From: a virus
Lineage: Duplodnaviria > Caudoviricetes
IMG/VR virus record: IMGVR_UViG_3300023275_000007
Location: 1-34,129 of that record
DNA: 34,129 nt
Strand: one strand, 5' to 3'
Below, in pieces: positions 7,215-15,807 of this stretch. Position numbers and translations under genes: made by a program. Each line of letters opens with the position of its first letter. The first letter of the stretch is position 1. A model generated the notes under the pieces. It was not told where the DNA came from and searched no databases. It worked only from the letters and a program-made list of their open reading frames with translations.

Positions 7215-8804
7215 GTGGCGACACGCGAGGAGATCAACGAGGCCGTCAAGATCCGCTACGAGAAGATGAAGGGCGAGATCGACGCCTCTCATCTTCACCC
7301 CGGCGACTGGCTCCGGCATACGAAAGCGGTTGACGCCCGGACAGGCGAGGTCTTCCAGTTCGGCTTCGATGACGGCTGGGAGTGGCAGTACGAGGAGCTG
7401 ACCTCCTTCCGCGACGACCGCATCGCCTTGCGCCTGAAGGCGCGGCAGTTGGGGATCTCCTGGCTCGCCATCGGCTACGGCCTCTGGAAGGTCTTGTCCA
7501 CGCCGGGAACGAGGGCGATCTGCGTCTCGATCAACGAGACCGAGGCAGGCAAGCTCGTCAACCGGGCCTGGGATCTGTGGCAGAACACGCCCGAGCATCT
7601 CCGCTTCGGGGCCAAGGTGATCAAGCCGACGAAGGGAAGGCCGACAGAGCGGATCGAGTGGGAGTTCCCTGACGGCAAGATCTCGAGCTTGGTCGCCATG
7701 CCCTCGACGCCGAAGGCAGGTCACGGCGAGGTCGCCTCCCTCGTCATCCTCGACGAGTTCGCACGGCACCAGTACGCGGAGGAGTCGTGGAAGGCGTTTA
7801 TCCCCGTCATCGCTGACGGTGGCCAGATCATCATCGTCTCGACAGCGAACGGGATCGGCGGCTCCTTCTACGACCTCTGGATGAACGCCGAGGAGAGAGG
7901 CGTGACCGCGACCTTCCTCCCCTGGACGAAGCATCCGCGTCGGGACGAGGCGTGGTACGGGCGAGTCGCTCGAGCTCTATCCGAACACGACCGGGCCGAG
8001 CAGTACCCCCTGACCCCGGCCGACGCCTTCACGGGAACGGCCGGCTGCTGGTTCGACACCGATGCTCTCGCCAAGTACGCCGAACACGCGCCCGACCCGA
8101 AGTACCGCTTCCAGTGGGCGACTGATGAGACGGGGGCGAAGGCCACCCTGACCAAGCGCAAGGACGGATGGATCAAGCTCTGGCACGAGCCGGAGGAGGA
8201 TCACGACTACGCGATTGCGCTCGACGCCTCGACAGGCCGGGGAGAGGACTACACCTGCTTCTACGTCATCGACCTGACGGAGATGAAGCTCTGCGCCGAG
8301 TTCCACTCCCGCGTCGACTCCGACATCTCCGCCGAGCAGGTTCACTTCACCGGGCGGATGTACCACACCGCACGGATCGCCATCGAGCAGGGAGGCGGCT
8401 ACGGGGACGCCATCGTCGTCGCTCTCCGTGACGGCAAGAAGGGACGGCCCTCCTACCCGAAGCTCTACCGCCACGCGGCCGAGGACAGGCCCGACAGAAA
8501 GCCTGCCGTCGCCTACGGGTTCCCGATCTCCTCGAAGACCCGGCCGCTGATCATCAACCAGGCGGAGCAGGCGATCAGGGAGATGAGCCTGCCGATGATG
8601 CCGATGGATCTGATCCTCGAGTGCAAGACCTTCGTCAAGCGTCCCGTCAACCCTTCCCCGGCCGCTGCCTCCAGTTGCAACGACGACCGGGTGATGGCCT
8701 TCTGCATCGCGCTCGAGATGTACCGTCAGTTCGGGGCACACGCGAACGACAAGAGACGGAAGCGGAAGCGTCGGAAGTGGAAGCCCTCGTATGCCTGGGA
8801 GTAA
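7215..8804 (+). CDS. terL: Terminase large subunit
   Basis: Walker A LKARQLGISW, Walker B LVILDEFA, coupling motif STANG, nuclease motifs ALDASTG and NDDRVMA. Confidence 0.97.
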   Translation: MATREEINEAVKIRYEKMKGEIDASHLHPGDWLRHTKAVDARTGEVFQFGFDDGWEWQYEELTSFRDDRIALRLKARQLGISWLAIGYGLWKVLSTPGTRAICVSINETEAGKLVNRAWDLWQNTPEHLRFGAKVIKPTKGRPTERIEWEFPDGKISSLVAMPSTPKAGHGEVASLVILDEFARHQYAEESWKAFIPVIADGGQIIIVSTANGIGGSFYDLWMNAEERGVTATFLPWTKHPRRDEAWYGRVARALSEHDRAEQYPLTPADAFTGTAGCWFDTDALAKYAEHAPDPKYRFQWATDETGAKATLTKRKDGWIKLWHEPEEDHDYAIALDASTGRGEDYTCFYVIDLTEMKLCAEFHSRVDSDISAEQVHFTGRMYHTARIAIEQGGGYGDAIVVALRDGKKGRPSYPKLYRHAAEDRPDRKPAVAYGFPISSKTRPLIINQAEQAIREMSLPMMPMDLILECKTFVKRPVNPSPAAASSCNDDRVMAFCIALEMYRQFGAHANDKRRKRKRRKWKPSYAWE

Positions 8805-8820
8805 CTTGGAACCCCAAGTT
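8803..8820 (-). repeat. 18-bp quasi-palindrome, copy 3 (one core mismatch)
   Basis: AACTTGGAACCCCAAGTT overlapping the terL TAA stop; flanks GGGAG (8797-8801) and CTCCC (8824-8828) can extend the stem. Confidence 0.9.
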
Positions 8821-8872
8821 GTCCTCCCTCTGACGCATACTTGCTGGGTGATCACCTACGAGGGAGACTGAG

Positions 8873-9295
8873 ATGTCCCAGATGATGCCGCCGGAAGCTC
8901 CTCCGATGGGGCCACCTCCGGGCGCAGGGGGCGGAGGTCTTCCCCCCGAGTTGATGGCCGCGCTCTCCCAGCAGGGAGGCCCGGGCGGAGCAGCACCCGA
9001 CCCGTCAGGCCCGATGGATCCTTCCCAGGATCCGGCGATGTCGGCCGACCAGGGGCCGCTGCTTGCCGGAGGCCCGAACGCCGGGATGCCCGAGGACGCA
9101 CCCGTCGAGGAGAGCGGCGAGATGTCCACCGTCGACCACATTCGGATGGCCATCGAGCATCTCAAGGAGGCCTTCCACCTCGATGAGGACGACCAGCGCG
9201 GCGCGCAGACCGCAGGCTCGCTGGCCTCCTTGCAGAAGATCCTGGGCGGCGAGCAGGCGAAGGATCAGAAGCTCACCCAGGCTCTCGGCGGATGA
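8873..9295 (+). CDS. Pro/Gly-rich protein with a helical C-terminus, 140 aa
   Basis: GAGGGAG RBS; between terL and portal; ATGA overlap with the portal gene. Confidence 0.8.
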   Translation: MSQMMPPEAPPMGPPPGAGGGGLPPELMAALSQQGGPGGAAPDPSGPMDPSQDPAMSADQGPLLAGGPNAGMPEDAPVEESGEMSTVDHIRMAIEHLKEAFHLDEDDQRGAQTAGSLASLQKILGGEQAKDQKLTQALGG

Positions 9296-11187
9296 GCCAG
9301 AACGTCGACCCGTACACCGAGATCGAGGCGGCTGACGCTCTCGGTCTCGTCACAGGCGCGATGAACGAAGCGGAGCGCTTCTCGACCTCCTACGTCCAGA
9401 AGGTCGAGGCTCGCTACCGCGCCTACCGGGGGATCGCGGAGGCTCGCAAGTCGGGGCAGGAGATCGAGGCGTGGCGCTCGAACCTGACGACCCCCTACAT
9501 CCTTCAGACCATCGAAGGAATGATCGCCACGATGCTCGACCCCAATCCTCGTTGGGAGGTGAAGCCTCGGCCCCAGCCGTTCGAGCCCATCGAGGTGATC
9601 CTGGCCCGGACATCGGGTGGGCGGATCGCCTCTGCCGCCCTCGAGTGGGCGATGCAGAACGACGACTTCCATCTCAAGCAGCGCCCCTTCATGCAGCAGG
9701 ATCTGATCGCCGGGAAGACAGTGGCCAAGATCGTCTGGAAGACGATGAAGACGAGGCGCACCGTCCTGACCCCGTCCGAGTCGCAGATCCTGAACCAGTA
9801 CGGCACCGTCGTCTCCACCTTCCCAACCACGGAGGAGAAGGAGAAGCTGATCACCACCTTCGACGGCCCGACGATGATCGTCAGAGACGTGCGGGATTTC
9901 TTCCGGCCCGAGTCGGCCATCGGGGTCGATGACGCCGCCTGGGTGATCGACCGCTCATGGGAGACCTACCAGTGCCTGAAGGACAAGGAGAGGGCGGGCC
10001 TCTACCGGAACGTGGACGAGGTCAAGAACGCCCAGAACACCCAGCTCGCGCAGCAGTACACGGATCGGGAGCAGCTTCTCCGGGGCCAGGAGCGCACCTC
10101 CGGCCTGATCGAAGTCCTCGAGTACTGGACGAACGACCGCGTCATCACCGTCGCCGCGAGGACGGTGGTTCTCTCCGACATCCCGAACCCGTACCGCAAC
10201 GGGCGCAAGCCCTTCGTGATCTGCTCCGCGCTCCCCGACGCCTTCCAGATGGACGGCATCTCCGTGGTCGAGTCGCTGGGGCAGATTCAGGAGTACCTCT
10301 GGTCGATGCAGAACCAGCGCCTCGACAACATCAAGATCATGAACAACCACGTCACGCTGATCCGCTCCGACGTGGACGACGCCGACAGCTTCGAGTTCTT
10401 CCCCGGGGCACAGTGGTTCGTGGAGGACACCGAGCAGGTGAAGCAGCTTCCAGTCGACCCGACCTTGGGGGAGATGACGATCCAGACGGAGCAGCTTCTC
10501 AAGGGCGACCTCCAGAACATCATGGGAGGACTGCCGATGGCGGGAGGTGTCTCGAGCGGAACCATCGACCAGCAGACGGCGACCGGGATGAACATCATCA
10601 CCGGGATCGCGCAGAAGATCATCCAGGCCCGGAAGCAGCACTACGCCTGGGCCTTCGCTCAGGTCGGTGAGCAGTTCCTCGGCCTGATGGGTCAGATGAT
10701 GAGGCGAGACCGGGTGATTCAGGTCGTCGGCAAGAGCGGCGCGGAAGCCCTCCTGATCGTCAACCCGCTCGATCTCCAGGGCGACTTCGATGTTCAGGTC
10801 AACGTCCTCGACGACGTGATGCTCCAGGGCGAGAGACGGAGCTCGGCCCAGGCGCTGATGCAGGCCGCAGCCGGGGTGGCTCCCCTGACCCACCTGAACA
10901 TGGACGCCTTCGTGGAGAACCTCTTGGACGCCTACGACATCCGCGACAAGCCCAAGTACTTCGCCCCCGCCCCCGGGACAGCAGGAGCGGCTCAGGCACC
11001 CGGCGCCCAGGCACCGCCCCAGCCCGGTGAGGGGACGCCCTCGGCGCAGAACATTCAGGAGTCGACCTCGGCTCCCGTCCCGACCCCAGCGGGGAACGGC
11101 CTCACCGCTCCTCCGTCACCGCAAGTCGCTCAGGCGGCGCAGGCTTCCCCGGGCGCGGCGCTCGCCCCCGCTGGGCGTCAGTACTAG
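9292..11187 (+). CDS. Portal protein (P22/SU10-type)
   Basis: 631 aa after terL; G....K.W, VLEYW, NPY..GRKPF, G.S.VE.L..IQ and TATG motifs; Pro/Ala-rich tail. Confidence 0.92.
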   Translation: MSQNVDPYTEIEAADALGLVTGAMNEAERFSTSYVQKVEARYRAYRGIAEARKSGQEIEAWRSNLTTPYILQTIEGMIATMLDPNPRWEVKPRPQPFEPIEVILARTSGGRIASAALEWAMQNDDFHLKQRPFMQQDLIAGKTVAKIVWKTMKTRRTVLTPSESQILNQYGTVVSTFPTTEEKEKLITTFDGPTMIVRDVRDFFRPESAIGVDDAAWVIDRSWETYQCLKDKERAGLYRNVDEVKNAQNTQLAQQYTDREQLLRGQERTSGLIEVLEYWTNDRVITVAARTVVLSDIPNPYRNGRKPFVICSALPDAFQMDGISVVESLGQIQEYLWSMQNQRLDNIKIMNNHVTLIRSDVDDADSFEFFPGAQWFVEDTEQVKQLPVDPTLGEMTIQTEQLLKGDLQNIMGGLPMAGGVSSGTIDQQTATGMNIITGIAQKIIQARKQHYAWAFAQVGEQFLGLMGQMMRRDRVIQVVGKSGAEALLIVNPLDLQGDFDVQVNVLDDVMLQGERRSSAQALMQAAAGVAPLTHLNMDAFVENLLDAYDIRDKPKYFAPAPGTAGAAQAPGAQAPPQPGEGTPSAQNIQESTSAPVPTPAGNGLTAPPSPQVAQAAQASPGAALAPAGRQY

Positions 11188-11505
11188 GTGGCTCTCAGCG
11201 AGCAGGAGAAGAACGATCTTCGCCGCCGTCAGGGCGAGCTTTCCGGCCTGACCCGGAACCCGGCCTGGAAGACCCTGGTCGAGGAGTCGGAGCGCAAGAT
11301 CCGCAAGCTCGAGAAGACCGCCGCCGCGCTCGCGCTCGCCCCCAAGGGAGCAGACCAGCGTAAGCTGGACGAGATCCGCGGGTTCATCCTCGCGGTGAGG
11401 TGGCTTGTCGGCACCCCGGTCTCGGCGGAGAACTCACTGATTGCGTTCCTGAAGAGGCAGGGCATAGAGATCGAGGAAGAGGAGGGCCAACATGAGCGGG
11501 ATTGA
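11188..11505 (+). CDS. Small helical protein after the portal gene, 105 aa
   Basis: L...P.WK.L pattern and position between portal and scaffold. Confidence 0.75.
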   Translation: MALSEQEKNDLRRRQGELSGLTRNPAWKTLVEESERKIRKLEKTAAALALAPKGADQRKLDEIRGFILAVRWLVGTPVSAENSLIAFLKRQGIEIEEEEGQHERD

Positions 11506-12550
11506 CGATTCTGAGCGGATGGACGAGGGGGACTTCGCTGACTTCCTCGCTGACGAGGTGTTCGGGGAGGGTGCGCCAGAGACCCCGGCCGAGCCAGAGC
11601 CCAACTTGGAATCCCAAGTTGAGACCCCCGAGACGCCGGAGGAGCCTGCGCTCCCCGAGCCTGTCTTCGAGGAGCAGCCGGAGACGGCGCAGCCAGCAGA
11701 CCCCGAGCCGGCCGAAACCGAGACTCCCGTCGAGGAGCCGGAGTACGCGGTCTGGGCACGCAAGCAGTTCGGGGAAGACCTCGACCTGACGAACCCGCAG
11801 ATCGCCAAGCTGGCGCAGTCGCGCTGGGAGGCGGAGCGGATGGTCGGCAAGTCGCAGGCCGAGCTTCAGGAGCAGCGTCGTCTGATGGAGGAGGAGTCGG
11901 CCGCACGCCGGGTCGCCTCCCTGCACGAGAGGGCAGACCTGAACGACGAGGAATCCGACTGGGTCGATCAGGCCGTCGAGTCGGGAGACCCCGCCGCCTT
12001 CGCGGTCGCAGCCTTGGAGAACGACAGGCGCGACCTCTACTCCGCGATCCTCGACCGCTGGGCCACCCAGGGTGAGCAGGAGTCCTCGCGGGTGCGGGAC
12101 TTCCATTCCCGCGTCGTCGCCGCCTACTCGCAGCCTGCGCCCGATCCGCAGGCCCAGTTCCAGCAGGCGCTGGGCGAGTCCTTCCAGGCGGTCGGGCTCA
12201 ACGTGCGTGACCACGGATCGATCATCCTCGCCAAGGCGGCAGAGCTTGGGGACGCGAACCCCTACGTCCAGGGGATGATGGCCCAGGATCCCCAGGTCAG
12301 GGCGATGGCGGTCAGGGCGGTCTGGGATCTCTCCCAGTCCACCCAGGCCACGATCCAGAAGGTGACACGAGACGACGAGGTGGCAGCGCGAGTCGCAGAG
12401 GAGCGCCTGCGCGAGAACGCCGCCGTCGTCGGCAACGGCACCCTCCATCAGGAGCCGCCGCCGAGCGGAGGCTTCTGGAGCGAGTTCGATGAGGAGGTCG
12501 CCGCTCGAGGTTGGGACGGAGCGCGGCCGGGGTACAAGGAGCAGCGGTAG
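11492..12550 (+). CDS. Capsid scaffolding protein
   Basis: Acidic E/P-rich N-terminus followed by coiled coil, just upstream of the capsid gene. Confidence 0.8.
   Translation: MSGIDDSERMDEGDFADFLADEVFGEGAPETPAEPEPNLESQVETPETPEEPALPEPVFEEQPETAQPADPEPAETETPVEEPEYAVWARKQFGEDLDLTNPQIAKLAQSRWEAERMVGKSQAELQEQRRLMEEESAARRVASLHERADLNDEESDWVDQAVESGDPAAFAVAALENDRRDLYSAILDRWATQGEQESSRVRDFHSRVVAAYSQPAPDPQAQFQQALGESFQAVGLNVRDHGSIILAKAAELGDANPYVQGMMAQDPQVRAMAVRAVWDLSQSTQATIQKVTRDDEVAARVAEERLRENAAVVGNGTLHQEPPPSGGFWSEFDEEVAARGWDGARPGYKEQR
11603..11620 (-). repeat. 18-bp quasi-palindrome, copy 4, inside the scaffold CDS
   Basis: AACTTGGAATCCCAAGTT, read in frame as NLESQV. Confidence 0.95.
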
Positions 12551-12556
12551 GACTGC

Positions 12557-12693
12557 GTCGGTTGGCCCCCGGAACCCTGATAGGGTTTCGGGAGGCCATC
12601 GACCACCCCTTGAGGGCACGGTCAGGCACCCGGGCACCGCGAACGTGGCGGCACTCCCTCTGAAGCGAGATTCCTACCACTCGACTCTCAAGG
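12557..12693 (+). promoter_or_regulatory. Structured leader of the major capsid gene
   Basis: Long hairpin at 12557-12603; CCTTGAGGG (12608-12616) can pair with CTCTCAAGG (12685-12693) over the RBS; four GGCAC motifs between them. Confidence 0.55.
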
Positions 12694-12700
12694 AGTTCCC

Positions 12701-13885
12701 ATGCCTGACGTTGCAGTCGGTCAGTTCATCTCCACGGAGGAGATCGTCTCCCAGGAGAAGGTGATCGACATGGATCCGAAGATGCGTCTTCTCGATCCAG
12801 ACCAGACCCAGTTCGTGACGATGACCTCGCGCTCGAAGTCCCGACCCGCCCTGGCGGAGAAGGTCAACTGGCTCGAGGAGCAGTACATCAACCGGATCGT
12901 CACGCTCACCGCCGCCTACACGGCGAACGGCCCGTCGCTGACGGTCTCGGCCGCAGACGGGAACAGCGTCTTCAAGGACGACGTTCTCCGCAACATGCGA
13001 ACGGGCGAGGCGTTCCTCGTCACCGCAAGCGTCGGCGGAGTGCTGACGGTGAACTCGGCAATCGCTGGCTCCGGCCCCGCCCTGCCGATCAACGCCGCAG
13101 GCAACATCGGCGACAAGCTTCTCGTCGTCGGTGACGCCCAGAAGCAGGGTGCCGACTTCCCCGATCCGCGCTACTCGCAGCGGATCAACCAGTTCAACTA
13201 CACGCAGATCACCCGCACGCCCTGGTCGTTCGCCGGGACGACCACGGCCATCGAGCTCTACGGTGGCCGCGAGCCTGCGAAGGAGGCCGCACGCAAGGCG
13301 GTCGAACACAAGCGCAAGCTGGAGGCGGGTGGCTTCTTCGGCGCCCGGGACTTCATCACCGCCGCCCAGGATCCGCAGGGTCTCGCGGGTGGCCTGATCG
13401 AGTTCATCCAGACGAACAGGCAGTCGGTCGGCGGCGAGCTGACCTCCGACTTCCTCGACTCGTTCCTGGCGACGGTGCTGGCGAAGGGCTCCGCCGACAA
13501 GGTGATCTACACGGGAACGATCGGTGCCTACTACATCTCGCGCTTCAACCGCTCCGGCCAGGGCGCGTTCTGGAAGCCGAGCAACGAGAAGGTGCACGGC
13601 GTCCAGGTCGACGGCTTCATCTCGGGCGTCTTCGGAACGCTCGTCCCGGTCGTGGTCAAGAAGGAGTGGGCCGATTTCCCGTCGGGCGTCGGCGGGTACA
13701 ACGGCAACCTCTTCGTGGTCGACAACTCGAACGTCGAGCGTCGGCCGCTCCGTGACCGCGACACCAAGCTGCTCACGCAGCGGCAGGGGCCGGGTCAGGA
13801 TCGGGTGGCCGCGGAGTACCTGACGGAGTCCTCGTGGGAGATCGCGCAGGAGAAGACCCACGGCCTCCTCACGGGCATCGCCTAG
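12701..13885 (+). CDS. Major capsid protein (SU10/DUF5309-like)
   Basis: 394 aa; DPDQTQF, NWLEE, NYTQITRTP...T, EHKRKLE, GGL..FI, E...E....KTHG pattern; AAGGAG RBS. Confidence 0.92.
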   Translation: MPDVAVGQFISTEEIVSQEKVIDMDPKMRLLDPDQTQFVTMTSRSKSRPALAEKVNWLEEQYINRIVTLTAAYTANGPSLTVSAADGNSVFKDDVLRNMRTGEAFLVTASVGGVLTVNSAIAGSGPALPINAAGNIGDKLLVVGDAQKQGADFPDPRYSQRINQFNYTQITRTPWSFAGTTTAIELYGGREPAKEAARKAVEHKRKLEAGGFFGARDFITAAQDPQGLAGGLIEFIQTNRQSVGGELTSDFLDSFLATVLAKGSADKVIYTGTIGAYYISRFNRSGQGAFWKPSNEKVHGVQVDGFISGVFGTLVPVVVKKEWADFPSGVGGYNGNLFVVDNSNVERRPLRDRDTKLLTQRQGPGQDRVAAEYLTESSWEIAQEKTHGLLTGIA

Positions 13886-13899
13886 GTCGATCCGTTAGC

Positions 13900-13943
13900 A
13901 TCGGCGGGACGGGGCGTGGTTGGCCCCGCCTCGTCCCGCCGAT
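13900..13943 (+). terminator. GC-rich hairpin after the capsid gene (terminator or stabiliser)
   Basis: 17-bp stem ATCGGCGGGACGGGGCG / CGCCTCGTCCCGCCGAT with one G-U pair and a 10-nt loop; no U-tract. Confidence 0.7.
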
Positions 13944-13968
13944 ACTCAGGGCCAACGAACGGAGACGC

Positions 13969-14502
13969 ATGAGACTGATCGCGCAGTTCGCCAACTACCG
14001 GATTCAGGTGCGCCCGATGCGCGTCCGAGGTCTCGGTGACGGGACAGCGGAGACGCTGCAAGAGCCGATCTACCTCCAGTTCCAGCATGACGCCGTCATG
14101 TACGACAACGAGGTCAAGGAGGCCAAGGAGACATTCGCCTTCCGGGGCCAGTACCAGCACCGTGACGAGGCGACTCCGGTCGATCCGATCTACCGCCTCT
14201 CCGTCTTCGACACGAAGAACATCGCTGACGCCGAAGACCGCGAGATCGCAGAGGCGTTCATGCGTGACCAGATCGCCCAGGGCAACACCGACTTCATCAT
14301 CGTCGAGACGACCGCGATCCCTCGCCCGTGGCCGAACTACGACAACACCAAGGATCCGAAGAAGATCGCGGCCAAGGTGGTCGAGGACGGCTACACGGTG
14401 CAGGACGTGATCGACTACGAGCGCCTCTTCGGCCAGAACCGCGCCGACGTGATCGCCGCGCTCGAGGCCATCGAGACCGACGAGGTCGTCGTCGTCGCAT
14501 GA
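13969..14502 (+). CDS. Hypothetical protein, 177 aa
   Basis: GGAGA RBS; starts MRLIAQFANY; C-terminal YE...QNRADVIAALE helical motif. Confidence 0.8.
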   Translation: MRLIAQFANYRIQVRPMRVRGLGDGTAETLQEPIYLQFQHDAVMYDNEVKEAKETFAFRGQYQHRDEATPVDPIYRLSVFDTKNIADAEDREIAEAFMRDQIAQGNTDFIIVETTAIPRPWPNYDNTKDPKKIAAKVVEDGYTVQDVIDYERLFGQNRADVIAALEAIETDEVVVVA

Positions 14503-14846
14503 AGTTCGATGATCTCGTCATCGACGCGGAGAACAACACGGACGGCAAGGTCGTCGTGATGCCGGACGGCCGCGTGATGACGGAGGCCACGATCACCCTC
14601 TCCCCGGACGGGGAGGCGATGATGAAGCAGGGGTACCTGTGCGGCAACTGCCTTCAGGACTTCGCCAAGATCGGCCTCGGTGCGTTCCCCGAGGAGTGCC
14701 CTGTCTGCCACTTCAGGGTGCGCGAGCTTCAGGCGGAGCAGCTTCGCCGCCAGGATGTCGGGGAAGCGCATCTCGGATCGCGGCTCACACTGTCCGATGA
14801 GCTTGAGAGACTTGGGGACATGTGGCTCCCCGGAGATGACATCTGA
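14499..14846 (+). CDS. Zinc-ribbon protein, 115 aa
   Basis: CGNC...CPVC; ATGA coupling. Confidence 0.75.
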   Translation: MKFDDLVIDAENNTDGKVVVMPDGRVMTEATITLSPDGEAMMKQGYLCGNCLQDFAKIGLGAFPEECPVCHFRVRELQAEQLRRQDVGEAHLGSRLTLSDELERLGDMWLPGDDI

Positions 14847-15283
14847 TGGCCACCACCGCGCAGTGGTTCGCCAAGGCCGGGGGCGCTCTGATCGCTGACC
14901 TCTGGACTCCCCGCCAGATGGGAATCATCCTGATGAAGCCGACCTTCGTCCCCGACATCGACACCCAGATGGTCTACGCCGATGTCGCCGCGCAGGAGCT
15001 TGCGGCCGGGGGCGGCTACACGGTCGGCGGGACTCAGATCACGAACCGCTCCACGCTCTACAACGCCGGGGCTGACCGTTGGGATCTCCTCGGTGACGAC
15101 GTTCTCTGGGGGCCGGGGGCGAGCTTCTCGGTTCGGCACGGCATCGTCTACGAGCAGGCGACGGTCGACAAGCGGCTCTGGGAGATCCTCGACTTCGGCC
15201 AGCAGTACGACGTGGTCAACGGCTTCTTCACCGTCGACTTCTCCTCTGCTGTCCTGGCGGTGCAGGCAGGCCCAGCGGTCTGA
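14846..15283 (+). CDS. Virion structural protein (GYT.GG...DFG family), 145 aa
   Basis: GGYTVGG...DDVLW...IVYE...LDFG...NGFFT pattern, common upstream of phage fibre genes. Confidence 0.7.
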   Translation: MATTAQWFAKAGGALIADLWTPRQMGIILMKPTFVPDIDTQMVYADVAAQELAAGGGYTVGGTQITNRSTLYNAGADRWDLLGDDVLWGPGASFSVRHGIVYEQATVDKRLWEILDFGQQYDVVNGFFTVDFSSAVLAVQAGPAV

Positions 15284-15284
15284 G

Positions 15285-15779
15285 ATGGCCCCCAAGGCCG
15301 TCGTCTACCACATCTGCGGCCAGCATCTCTGCGGGGAGGCGTTGGTCGGCTACGCGGTAGGGCCGGACACCCCGATCATGATGGCCCCCTCGCTCGTCCT
15401 TCGGGGCGGGGCGATGGTCAGGAACGCGCCCTCGATGGCCGCACCCCGTCTGAACCTGATCGGCAAGGTGACGTTGGGTGGGCCTCCACCGGGGCCGAGG
15501 ATGAGCCGGCCGATCCTGAAGCTGAACGGCAGCGCTGTGACCGGGGGCTTCCCGCCAGGGCCGAAGATCGGCACTCCGCGCCTGAACCTGAACGGCGTAC
15601 CGATCCTGCTCTCTATCTCCGAGGATCTCGTGATGGGGATCCCCGAGCTCTTCCTCAACGGGGCCAAGGCTGTCGGCAAGGAGAAGTCTGCCGTGCCCAC
15701 CCGTCCCGTCGACTGGATCCTCGAGCCGACGATTGACGAGGACTGGCTGCTCGTTCCCACGACCGAGAAGGACATGTGA
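15285..15779 (+). CDS. Putative structural protein with P.L.L.G repeats, 164 aa
   Basis: PSLVLRG, PRLNLIG, PILKLNG, PRLNLNG, PELFLNG. Confidence 0.7.
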   Translation: MAPKAVVYHICGQHLCGEALVGYAVGPDTPIMMAPSLVLRGGAMVRNAPSMAAPRLNLIGKVTLGGPPPGPRMSRPILKLNGSAVTGGFPPGPKIGTPRLNLNGVPILLSISEDLVMGIPELFLNGAKAVGKEKSAVPTRPVDWILEPTIDEDWLLVPTTEKDM

Positions 15780-15807
15780 TCCTCCGGCCTCTCCATACTG
15801 GAGCCTG

